Source: Diplonema japonicum
Taxonomy: Eukaryota; Protista; Euglenozoa: Diplonemea
Direction: 5' to 3'
NCBI GenBank assembly: GCA_964019335.1
Contig: OZ025657.1
Location: 372,001 to 436,000 of the forward strand
Length of the DNA: 64,000 bases
The position numbers and the translations under genes are program-made. Below are positions 32,801-39,053 of the stretch, piece after piece (the first letter of the stretch is position 1; each line of letters opens with the position of its first letter). The notes under the pieces were generated by a model. That model saw only the letters and a list, made by a program, of their open reading frames with translations, did not search any database and was not told where the DNA came from.

Positions 32801-33227
32801 GGAGCCCCTGGGTACGCAGGAAGTTGTTGGCGAGGAAAGTAGAAGAAAGAAGATTGGAAAGCACCTCGGGCTCCACATCGGAGAGGCAGTGGATGTCATT
32901 GTTGCCGAGGAACTCGGTGACGAGGTGCTCAAGGCAGACTTGAAGGAGGGAATCGGTGTGTGCTTCACGGTGCGTGCACAGGTACCTGATGAAGTGGCTC
33001 ATGAGGTCAACAGGAGAAACGCTCTGCTCGGACACGGATATACGGGCGGTGTTAAAACCCTGCGCGGAGTGCTGAGACATTTGCCAGATATCAACTGGCA
33101 CGCGAACAGTCACCTCGTTAGCAGCGTCTTTAACCACCACGGCGCGTGTCACGACCGGAGCGTTATTGAACGAACCCCTGAGAGTAGTAGGGGACATTTC
33201 CTGAACTGAAACATTAAGCGTGGACAT
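20838..33227 (-). CDS. FAS: Single-chain fungal-type type I fatty acid synthase (AT-ER-DH-MPT-ACP-ACP-KR-KS-PPT), ~4129 aa, intronless
   Basis: AT FGGQG/GHSQG; ER GMTPTT and GGRAGGHHSFED; DH SGDTNPIH and IVHGMW; MPT FTGQGSQ/AGHSLGEY; two ACP GKSTLQNE motifs; KR TGCGRGSIG and YAESK; KS TPVGACAT, HGTST and KSFGFGQ; PPT GIGCDVE..WSSKEAVIKA. Likely start is MSTLNV at 33227. Confidence 0.97.
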   Translation of the reverse strand: MSTLNVSVQEMSPTTLRGSFNNAPVVTRAVVVKDAANEVTVRVPVDIWQMSQHSAQGFNTARISVSEQSVSPVDLMSHFIRYLCTHREAHTDSLLQVCLEHLVTEFLGNNDIHCLSDVEPEVLSNLLSSTFLANNFLRTQGLPTPYSPKSKFIASAEASKISLSYVFGGQGYQYMNELSQLYQDYRPLIHDTLAAIVTALHADVSSPEAVASSLVLQQLNVIEWLKDPTKMPSENYLTSAPVSMPLIGLTQLMQYAVNLKATSMTPDAMRKISKCSTGHSQGVLAAVVVAASGTWDDFVENSKKAVRMLFWMGLRSQQKIPLVTCEPKILQDSHAAGEGIPQRMLSVTSLPVATVKKVVQDTNQYLDAERCVHVSLINGTHQVVISGPDRSLYGLNVALRKMKGAASSEQSRVPYSKRKTPFTTTYLSSSVPFHSAYLEEVPADVLKDFERLDLFFNSSELAMPVLSTFNGKDLRSEKDLTKVLTDQILARPVDWPAVCAEISRLEASHVLDFGPGGVSGCGKLVHHNVDGTGTQVLISGDDHGVNTNLLTRKVFYDTEAEVPTGVNWAKEYAPKLIKSTATGEIHIDTKYSRLLGRPPICVPGMTPTTISGKLLSATLNAGFQIEISGGGHFTNNMLESKISYIQENTKPGEGVTLNMLFLNQHLWNMQFPHVQEMRKAGIPIEGVTIAAGVPSPDKAHEYLTAFKECGIKHISFKPGAESTIRQVVAIAEAHPDISVVMQWTGGRAGGHHSFEDQHDPILRTYGLCRRQPNLVLVAGGGLGDAAGTLKWLTGEWSHKFGRPSMPFDGVLMGSRLMVAAEAETSQAVKELIVAAPGISEEEEATWETTYTKPHGGILTVTSELGEPIHKIANRGVKFWKEMDDTIFSLPREKQLPAVLEKKKMIIERLNADAQKVFFPCKLDGTVVETLDEMTYEEVARRLVALLFEIGDDWVDITMRNLTGRWFKRIEERFAGKANSSMVPDFSVLNSPKPFMQTFFSTFTSAKKQTLSAEDVDHFVALCAAPAQKPVPFIPRLDERFNTWFKKDSLWQSESLKFVVGHDAGRVNILHGPVAARYSTKVNEPVAEILGNIYKGQIEGLSERGVQVTEVEYFGGPMPKNIPLEGVQVEKVGDETFFTVTAQEEEELPSSAAWLQAISGQKVSWLKALLCCDSFVKGTGKSSRWVENPLQRILRPRLEQRVVLTEDNGAPCSVTVFSNSDVRPVVTITKSESKAIIVMLSAFSQHHSAPLPLELRYIYNPEFGAMPIREDTGVIARVKDFYSKLWLGDKIAEEAIKDERVPWELRELGDRTEKNTIKRRDIIDFCRTVGNSNEKYAESSGKVCAPMDFAMVIGWKSVVRALFAKHIDGDLLSLVHLGNSFRTLKPGLMLQEGDELASLGEVTAVKNDEGGNKVVEVKGVIFKDNEPVIEILSKFLYRGAGGDWENTFSREAHIPYELDVNDSATAAVCRSKTWVNWSLPDHLIEGAELTFNTNSIKKFKQGGGYSELKVTGNVMAKLSTKEDIEIGVINFEGVNCAADPVESFLKKHAVLMKDETLFEESKVLEISDEVFDISTKCPDTNLPYSLISGDTNPIHTNPFFADLAGLPNTIVHGMWTSAAVRRLVETFAADNHPSRVTTYSAEFVGMVMPGDVLHTTLTHVGMTQGKKLFHVNVTQQHGTVVFKGVAEVEEEPTAYIFTGQGSQSKGMGMDLYKTSEVAKQLWDRADYHLKYSYGFSILEVVKKNPNELTIHFGGKHGAIMRENYRRLVYEVVQPDGTMRALPLFPDVTASTTSHTFYSPKGLLNATQFTQPALTLMEVAAYKDMEEKGLVQKGAVFAGHSLGEYSSLAALAEVLSIEALVDVVFYRGMTMQVAVPRDAKGRSDYGMVAVNPSRVSEGFNQEALQFVVDSIQKLSKQVIQIVNYNVIGQQYVTSGELTTLDCLSNVLNYIKLEKINVEKLLQKIGKEESAKKLNQIVETVYEKCLQKKKLNGGRAVSERGFATIPLPGIDVPFHSSFLLSGVAPFRELLKQKLSVDWVDVKALRNRYIPNLVARPFDISKEFTQLVLDASSSPKIAQVLGNWKEEMNAAEQQTLGYTLLIELLAYQFASPVRWIETQDVIFAEYGIERLVEIGPEPTLTTMASRTLKAKYEKHDDASSHRRTILHVNKQHDELYYTAESSAHAPAAPAAASAPAAPAPVAAPVAAPAPVAAPAGAAAAVADSKVTSAEILQVLVSTRVRKPMAEVPMTKSIKELVGGKSTLQNEILGDLGQEFPGFQADKPEEEPLKSLAATISGTGSLGKVTNNMVTKMVGSKMPGGFGMGQVKGHLSAAHGLGAGRTEGALLHALTLEPASRLGNEADAKKWLDSVASSYATSQGITLGAPAAAAAAPVAMAATVATGGGAPAAVPDAPVSSKEFIRVLVASKMKMPVSADLDNKSIKELVAGKSTLQNEMLGDLQLEFGDAVTKIDGAAEMPLGEVAKALASGYKGLGKFGQRAIPKLVSAKMPGSFGMSAVKAYLSSKGLGAGRQDGVLLHALGSEPASRLGGDADAKAFWDTTMSSYASLNGVTLGGGGGGGGAVMAVGAAIPSAELEAMNRKQQVLIREQMELFSNYLGEDLRSGWLAAEETKKTVSQLQRELDAIKSELGEVFVDGIAPKFSRKMARSYEASWNWAKQDYVKFLLDMTSGVIAPPTLSVDDQRLVYHIMNRADVRFFQFIEFYTKIAMARGGNYFQRLRSAGYMLAREIPSFAPVWMLDFTPAHQILTSPPIYTPVEHPMAPCTTISEDGVISYKEVPRQGVASYAEYTKEMARGIDLLQLQQDAKVRKNLSKLQRLGTRGRVAKKELATILEELNLSGLHHGPAEVESEADPEAANIPRRERSKRNVELAPLLNLKGRSSDDPMSFEYSKGLTTMYLQALNEIANKGITFIGKVALCTGCGRGSIGVEVVKILLAGGCRVICTTSSYSKSTCDFYRDVYEKWGAKGSKLHVVPFNGGSSADVQAVVDFVYDDEKSGGMGTDIDFIVPFAAISEQGMEIDNIGAKSELAHRIMLTNVLRLLGAVKVKKEAAGQLSRPTQTILPMSPNHGLFGGDGLYAESKIGLEVLFNKWHSEHWGKYLTIVGASIGWTRGTGLMAANNLVAEGIEKLGVRTFSTMEMSMNLIALMHPKIIKLAERDPVWADLNGGLHLVENLNSISSNLRLTIREIADVRAAVASEKRRESEVIGVQSKPGVPVVEPRSNMKFSFPKMKSYEKLHKELGHMKGMVDPAKVVVITGYGEVGPWGNSRTRWQIEAEGKFSLEGCIEMAWIMGFITYKRDPKYSGWVDSKTGKQMKDADIKKEYEEEILKHAGVRFVEPELHDGYDPKKKTFLHQVSIDHDMAPVECGEDEAKAFKMQHGEAVDIYEKGDGVWVAKLRKGAQLYIPKALGFTRTVAGQVPTGWDATRYGLPKDIIQQVDPVTLFTIVSTVEALITSGVTDPYEFYKYIHVSELGNTSGGGIGGMRSLQGIFRKRMLDQPVQKDILQESFINVMPAWVNLLLLSSSGPIKTPVGACATAVESVEIGVETIISGKAKVVIAGGYDDFTEEGSYEFANMKATSDAVEEALKGRTPQEMSRPTTTSRAGFMESQGAGIHVMMSAEVAFEMGVPIYGIVALTNTATDKEGRSVPAPGQGILTTARENRGVVPQRLLDFNWRKKQLQCERENIARWVQNEHEYLQDEMQQLKDGEQKFSLDTYLEQRLQEIKEGARRKEQAALDTYGQGFYRNNASVAPLRGALAVYGLDVDDISVASFHGTSTQANDLNESEVVNTQVAHLGRSKGNLLPTVFQKWLTGHPKGAAAAWMLNGCLQMLEHQVVPGNRNADNVDSKLNKFTHLFFPSKTLRGFEVKTCLLKSFGFGQVGGEALLIHADFVLATLDETHYNQYMAKRAKRQQACYNHYHQSLTGGKLINVKDAPPYTDAQQQGVYLDPLARAVQDKKTGKYSFAGYSGPQIAKGWTDEAEKTLVKEAGGARGIGCDVEMINAMPMDNQAFLERNFTAAEMEACLSAEAPRTALTGKWSSKEAVIKAVSSFQPEGSAPVWDGPAAPLREIEINADLTVSFHGRAAESVAAAGVKDVTVKIAPSGSYCLAYAQAK

Positions 33228-33417
33228 TTTGGTACTTGTTTTAAAAGTGTGTTTTTTTTTATCAACGTGAAGAATAAATGTCGGAAAGGACTTGTGCAAG
33301 TAAGAGCAAACTGTGATGGGTTTTCTTATTTATTACAAGAAAAGAATAAGAATTAACAAAACTGAAAAAAAGATTTAAAAATAAAAAGAAGAATGCGAGA
33401 TGGTATTTACCTTCCGT

Positions 33418-33855
33418 TCACCCTTGCTTCAAACAGGACAGTGCTTTCTGATAAGGAGCAATCTTGTTCGCAAGCGGGGCTAGGTGTGAAACAAGTTGGT
33501 AAAGCTCTTTTGAAGGGTACTTTGGAGAGCTTTGGAGGGAGAAAATCCCTTCTGCTGCCGCCTCCGGAGTGATCAAATCGTATTGACTTGCAAAGGTTAT
33601 GAGAATGGCTGCATCTTGGCCTTCAAGGATAGACCTCAAGCACAGGAGAACAAGAGAAGAACTTTCTGTACTCGAAAGCGTACCACATGCTTTCAAACAC
33701 CTTATGAAAAATGTGTCTACTGGCCTGTGCCTCATGAACTCTTCAGCCAACCCTTGCCTCCTTCCACTCTCGGCCCTCACCTCTTGCAAGGCCTCCTCGT
33801 CGCGTCTCCCAGTGAGGATGCCCTCCACGAAATCACAATCAGAGATCCCTTCCAT
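33418..33855 (-). CDS. Hypothetical helical protein (~145 aa)
   Basis: ORF from MEGISDC, preceded by a pyrimidine tract and CAG. Coding-like composition. Confidence 0.6.
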   Translation of the reverse strand: MEGISDCDFVEGILTGRRDEEALQEVRAESGRRQGLAEEFMRHRPVDTFFIRCLKACGTLSSTESSSLVLLCLRSILEGQDAAILITFASQYDLITPEAAAEGIFSLQSSPKYPSKELYQLVSHLAPLANKIAPYQKALSCLKQG

Positions 33856-33927
33856 GTTCTGTGTAGCTGGGTAGAGAAGTAAATAGGTGAATCGGAAATA
33901 CTTTTTTTTTTTTCTTTTAGTCCTCAA

Positions 33928-35940
33928 TTACTCGCCTTTTTTTTTTGACTTTTTTTTTTTCGCCTTGTCGCCTTTGAAGTACCCGTACTTCCTCACAACA
34001 CTCATCAAGTAGCGTTCCTTCTCCTCTGCCTCCAACTGCGTTGCCCAGTTTTCGTCTGTCAAGCTGAGGAGGTACGCGTGCCCATCGCAGCTGGCTGTGA
34101 CATGAGAGACGTACCGATGCGGTGTAGTGTTGGTTTGCTCTTGCGGAAAGACAACTAGCAGAGGTACAGGATGCGACGGGAACACCAAACACGCAGCAGC
34201 GTGGAACTCCATGAAGCCCTTTTCCTTGTTCACCACCGCCACGTTCCTCACCGCACGAATCCCGTCCCACCTCTGTCCCATGGCTCCCTTTAGCCGCTCC
34301 ATCAAGTCTTCTACATTGCTTCGCTTTTCAACGACAAGCTGCCTGTCTTCAGCTTGTTTCGGTTGCTGTGTGCTGTGCTTCATCAGTGCTCTCCGAGGAT
34401 CTCTCGCCCGCGCCGCTCTCTTCACATTCGGCACATTGAACGTAATGCTCTTCTCCCCTGTTCCCTCCACTCTTGCATCGTAGATGTATAGTACCCTGTC
34501 TGTCCACACTTCTGTCTCTTCTGGACGCGGCAGCAGCCGCCCATGTGCCTCCTTCAGTAGCTCGACAGACACTTCGTTCTCGGCTACGGGTGTCAGCATC
34601 CTGTACTCTTGGTACACCTCGCCCCATGGCTTCTTCGTAGGTGAAGCCATCGTTGCCATCCCCCGCCCCAGCAGCGGGTTTATTGCCTTCATGTGCGTGT
34701 GCTCAGTGACTTGAGGTGCCTGGAGCTTCTCAAGAAGGATGTGCTCTAGTGCAGGCGTTCTCTCAGGGTGGTGGTAGCCTAGAGCTGCACTGCCATTCAG
34801 CGTCATGGCCAACTGCTGCTGTGTGAGCGCTCGTTTCGTAGCAAGTAGATGCCGTGTCATGGAGTGTGCCAAGAGGCGCTGTACACCCCACACACAGTTT
34901 CCATCCTCATCAAAATTCATCTGTGGGGTCCACGCTGTGTTTTTGTAAGCTGAACGCCTGTCAGATAGTTTAGGCAGCAGGACCACCTTGCCTGTGACAG
35001 GGAGGACGCCGTGTGTGTCTTTGGTCGATTGTTGCAGCTTCCAGTCTTCGACACCGAGAACACCAAGCGCGTAGAGCACAGCTGAGCCTTGCTCGCCTGT
35101 GAATGAGCTCATGACGTGGTGTGTGAGGCAGCGCTCGGAGAGGGTGCGGACAAGAGCAGGGCAGGAAAGTCCCAAGGACGCAACGGAGGAGAGGACTGAG
35201 GAGATATGCAGCGGTGTAAAAGTGTTGGCAAGGCGAGAGGCGACGTGATTGCCCAGAATGTCGAGGTCTTGCTGGAAGGCAGCGGTATCAAATGGTGAGT
35301 GGGAGGAGGTAGCAGCCTCGACGGCTGCTGATAAGAGATACATTACATCCACAGGAGTCACCTCATGGAGGTAGTCCGTGGTGCAGTGGTGGATAAGGGA
35401 GAGGACAACAGAAGGGGGAAGTGGAGAGGAGCAGAGTGACGCTCCTTGGAGGAGCGCAGTAACATGAAAGGCGTGGCTTGTAGTAGCATGATATTTGATG
35501 TGATTGGCACAGAGAAGGGCGGGGAGGGACTCAAGGGGCTGCTCTGAGAACTCCTTTACAAGCCGACCATAGGCGAGTAACACCGACCCTGGGGACCTCA
35601 TCGGCTGGTCGGGGTTAGCCTGCAGCCTAGTACTTAGGTGCTTTGCTGCAGTGAGGAATAGGGATTTCTCTGTTCTTGCCTTGCCTTCCACTCCTTCCGT
35701 CTGGCTTAGTTTCTCCAGCATCATCCCAAAGTCATCTGCCACCACCTTCCTCTTCATCATGGAACCTATCTTGTCCTGAGTTGTGATCTCTTCCAACAGT
35801 CCCTTCACGTCACTCCTTGTCTTCGCCCAGTACAGTTGGTACTTCAACCTATCTCCTGGATTCTTCCCTTCTAGCCTAGCAGTAGGCCTGTTCACCAACG
35901 AATCCCAGTGGTATGACACGCGCTTGCATCTCCGGAACAT
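33928..35940 (-). CDS. Putative mitochondrial helical-repeat RNA-binding protein (FASTK/HPR/RAP-like)
   Basis: Presequence-like MFRRCKRVSY; repeats FTPLHISSVLSSVASLG, FTGEQGSAVLYALGVLG and LTQQQLAMTLNGSAALG; alpha/beta C-terminal domain that may be a degenerate RAP. Confidence 0.65.
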   Translation of the reverse strand: MFRRCKRVSYHWDSLVNRPTARLEGKNPGDRLKYQLYWAKTRSDVKGLLEEITTQDKIGSMMKRKVVADDFGMMLEKLSQTEGVEGKARTEKSLFLTAAKHLSTRLQANPDQPMRSPGSVLLAYGRLVKEFSEQPLESLPALLCANHIKYHATTSHAFHVTALLQGASLCSSPLPPSVVLSLIHHCTTDYLHEVTPVDVMYLLSAAVEAATSSHSPFDTAAFQQDLDILGNHVASRLANTFTPLHISSVLSSVASLGLSCPALVRTLSERCLTHHVMSSFTGEQGSAVLYALGVLGVEDWKLQQSTKDTHGVLPVTGKVVLLPKLSDRRSAYKNTAWTPQMNFDEDGNCVWGVQRLLAHSMTRHLLATKRALTQQQLAMTLNGSAALGYHHPERTPALEHILLEKLQAPQVTEHTHMKAINPLLGRGMATMASPTKKPWGEVYQEYRMLTPVAENEVSVELLKEAHGRLLPRPEETEVWTDRVLYIYDARVEGTGEKSITFNVPNVKRAARARDPRRALMKHSTQQPKQAEDRQLVVEKRSNVEDLMERLKGAMGQRWDGIRAVRNVAVVNKEKGFMEFHAAACLVFPSHPVPLLVVFPQEQTNTTPHRYVSHVTASCDGHAYLLSLTDENWATQLEAEEKERYLMSVVRKYGYFKGDKAKKKKSKKKGE

Positions 35941-36185
35941 TTGATGCCTGAAGAAAGGGGTGGGCAAACGGGTAGGGGAGGAGAGAAAAGAAAAAAGCTG
36001 AACTATGTTAAGGAGAGGTAAAGTCTCCTTAACCGTCAGTCATCACTTTGCCGGCAAAAACCTCAGAAGACAAAAAAAAAGGGCTGAAGCTGTGAGGTAT
36101 GGTACTTTTTACTACTTGGCATTACTAGGCCACCCCCTTTTTTGCCTTCCTCTGTTATGAACGAAAAAAAAAAAGAAGAAAAAAT

Positions 36186-36507
36186 ATATGAGTTAAAGGA
36201 GGCCGGTGTTGGCGGCGCCCTGCACAAGAACTGTCTACTTGATTACAGGGGGCGCGCCGCGGCCGAGTTGTAGCTTCTTCTGCGTTCCGCGTCGTGTCCT
36301 TAATGCGTGCGGTGTACAGCTCAACCCCAGCCGGGGCGTCCCGGGTAACCAAGATTCTGCGCTCGTGCAGTTTGCTGCCTGTTCGTCACCCTGAGCATCT
36401 GCATTATGTTCTTCCACTCGGGTGCTACCGGTGATGACCGACGAGGAGGTCAACAGCGAACAACACATCTGATGTTTTTCTTATATTTTCATGTTATCCC
36501 CACCACC
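36186..36507. repeat. ~320-bp dispersed repeat, copy 2
   Basis: Near-identical to copies 1 and 3 and in the same orientation. Lies ~310 bp past the anoctamin stop. Confidence 0.9.
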
Positions 36508-36819
36508 TGAAAAAAAAACGAAAGCAAAACGATATTAAAAGGATGCGGGTAAGGGGGGGTCATGGAGGGAAACAAAAACAAAAAAGTTGTAAAATTCCCC
36601 GTGGGCAATGGGAGAAGCATAACAAAAACGTGTCTTTAAAAAGATCCTGCAGAATGTACAGGATCGCCAAAAAAAAAAAAAAAAATGCAGGAGGGAACGG
36701 GACAAGGGGAGAAAAAAAAAAAAGACATTTATTAAAGAAAAGTAAGGGGGGAAAAAAAAACACACACACCCCTAAAAAAAGCAATTTGCGAGGCCACACT
36801 TTTTTTTTCTCTTTTTTTT

Positions 36820-38883
36820 CTATTCCTTCTTAACAGCCTTCTCCTTCAGAGCAACTGTTTTCCTGTACTCATGCCTTTGGATTTCGGTGAGAACATCTTC
36901 AGGCACGGACGGTATAAGCTTCGTGAGCAGCAGCGCAAAGAGAAAAGCAACCCTCTCTGAAACAAAGGCGATGATGAGGACCCAACGAGCAGCACCCCTT
37001 TTGATAACGAGCTCATGGTGCGTAGGGTCCGTAAGCAGCGAAGCTACACGTCCAGCCAACACATCGTCTTGAGAAGCTTCTCGGTAAAGGGAAGGGAAAT
37101 GGGCAGCAAGCTGATCGCTGCTCACAAGCAACATCATGTTTGTGAATATAGAAAGCCACAGAAGCGCCCAAAGGAGATTCTCCCATATACCAATATTGGC
37201 ACACCTCATGGAGTTGGGCCGTTGATACACATTGGCAAGCTTGAACAAATCGGATTTCATTTCGATGAAGTTGCAAAATAGAGAAAGAACCGCCGCCAAG
37301 GGGAAAGCCGATGCAAACAGAACCACGTAACCGAACTCAATGACCATTTCCAAATAGTCATCGAATGCTTCGTACTCAGCTAAGTGAACCTCTGTGAATG
37401 CAGACACAACTCTACCCTTTTCGTCGTGTTTTGCAAGGTCTGCAGCAGTCTTCTTGTGCTTCCTTCCTTCGACCAAGCTCAACAAGAATGGGATCAACGT
37501 CTCCAAGGTGACCCTTCGAATGGAGTCCACTGTGTATAACGAAATCAGTTCCAGCCTCAACCTTCTAATGTCCTGCTGAACAAAGCCCAGGTAGAACAGC
37601 GAGATGTAACAGTCGAACGACTCAAACAAAAACCGCTTCAAGATCAACGAGTTCTCATACTCCTCTTCCAACCGGTGGTTCTCCTGGTTTGTGAGCCACA
37701 CCGCGACCCGACGGTACATCAAGTTCAACTGCATGATGATGATAACATGCAGAATGGTGGGCACGAAGGCGAAGATCCCTAGGTACTCTACCTGGTTCGG
37801 GTCGAATACTGCACCAGCAATGGCGTACCTGCCCAAGGTGGGGAAGTGCAACGGTTCCTCCCATTGTATCTTGCCGTCAATGTAACCTTGCAAGTTCAAT
37901 GATAGAACCATGATGAAGAAGGCAACGCACAGCATGGCTGCCGTAACGCACACCGACACACCGTATGCTACAAGCCTCTTCCATCTGGGATAGAAACGTT
38001 CCTGTCTCCCAGTCACCCTTGACTCCTGAAGCGTTCCTTGAAACTCCGGACGGACCTTCAACGTGGACACCTCACGGTCTGCGTAAACTCTCCAGTTCCA
38101 TGCTTTACGTGCGGAACGCTGTTTCCAGAAAGACAAGAAACACACTGCCCAGAAGACTACGAACAACGAGTAAAAGGGAAGGTAAGGATGGTCGTCCACA
38201 GTGTACCCGAAGTATCTCATGTGGATGAACAGAAGGGATCCAGCAATACTTGGGATGATAAGCCACATGGAGAAGAAGTTCAACCAAGAGAAGTACATTG
38301 CGACGTTGGACCCGAAGTACGAGCACAAAAGGTCTTCAGGAGAGAAGAGGGAAGAACGGGTAGCCTTCCAGACGTTGTTTTTGCTCCTTGGTTCGTGCAG
38401 GGGTGCGACTGTCTCGAGGAGGCCTGCAATGCGAAGGGCGGCGAAGAGAGATGACGGGACTTTCAAAGCCGACTGCACCACCGACGGTTTCAAACCTTTC
38501 AAATGCAGCTCCAAGCCTTGCACGCCCTCCACGCTTTCCAACGCTGCTTGGAATAGTTCTGCTTCCTCGGATTTTGTCCAGAAATCGTCTTTTCCATAGT
38601 TTTTAAAGATATCCCCTGCGTTTTCCGTGATGAATTCCAGTAGGTCTCCGTCACCTCCCTTGATCTCCTTCAGGTACCCTAGCCTCATTGCCTCCTTCTC
38701 TAGGATGCTCAAAGGGGCAGATACCAGCAGCATTTTCGGCATTGGTACGTCACCGAAATCCTTTTGAACTATCAGGCCTTCCTTCTCCATCCGCCCCACA
38801 ACATGTTCCAGCACACCGTCTAAGGCACGGCCTCCTAAAGCTTCTTCTGAGAAGGCTACAATGTACTCTGTTGACGCTAGCAT
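36820..38883 (-). CDS. Anoctamin/TMEM16 family scramblase or channel (ANO8/ANO10-like)
   Basis: YFGSNVAMYFSWL, VRPEFQG, LTNQENHR, KRFLF, FDDYLEMVIEFGYVVLFASAFPLA, NFIEMKSDLFKL, NIGIWE. Confidence 0.93.
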   Translation of the reverse strand: MLASTEYIVAFSEEALGGRALDGVLEHVVGRMEKEGLIVQKDFGDVPMPKMLLVSAPLSILEKEAMRLGYLKEIKGGDGDLLEFITENAGDIFKNYGKDDFWTKSEEAELFQAALESVEGVQGLELHLKGLKPSVVQSALKVPSSLFAALRIAGLLETVAPLHEPRSKNNVWKATRSSLFSPEDLLCSYFGSNVAMYFSWLNFFSMWLIIPSIAGSLLFIHMRYFGYTVDDHPYLPFYSLFVVFWAVCFLSFWKQRSARKAWNWRVYADREVSTLKVRPEFQGTLQESRVTGRQERFYPRWKRLVAYGVSVCVTAAMLCVAFFIMVLSLNLQGYIDGKIQWEEPLHFPTLGRYAIAGAVFDPNQVEYLGIFAFVPTILHVIIIMQLNLMYRRVAVWLTNQENHRLEEEYENSLILKRFLFESFDCYISLFYLGFVQQDIRRLRLELISLYTVDSIRRVTLETLIPFLLSLVEGRKHKKTAADLAKHDEKGRVVSAFTEVHLAEYEAFDDYLEMVIEFGYVVLFASAFPLAAVLSLFCNFIEMKSDLFKLANVYQRPNSMRCANIGIWENLLWALLWLSIFTNMMLLVSSDQLAAHFPSLYREASQDDVLAGRVASLLTDPTHHELVIKRGAARWVLIIAFVSERVAFLFALLLTKLIPSVPEDVLTEIQRHEYRKTVALKEKAVKKE

Positions 38884-39053
38884 TTTTTTTTTTTTCCCTC
38901 CCCTTCTCCCCCTTTTTTTTTTTTTATGGTGGAAAGGAGGGGGGGGGGGGAAAGAAAAATGTTTTGTGGTGAAAGTTTTAAAAGTTTGTAATAAGAAAAA
39001 AAAGAGAAAAGAGAGAAAAAAAAATTCGTTTTCTTTCTTTTTTTTAAAAATAA

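Noticed and set aside
20887-33209. Many 100-390 aa plus-strand ORFs overlapping FAS and other genes
   Set aside because: Antisense shadows produced by biased codon usage. They are Ser/Leu-rich and contain no motifs.
33856-33930. Possible intron fusing the 33928 and 33418 ORFs
   Set aside because: The GT donor at the stop with either nearby CAG gives an out-of-frame join.
36388-36473. CTGA...TGATGA...CTGA in the dispersed repeat, resembling C/D snoRNA boxes
   Set aside because: No upstream box C or terminal stem, antisense to cluster transcription, and part of a dispersed repeat.
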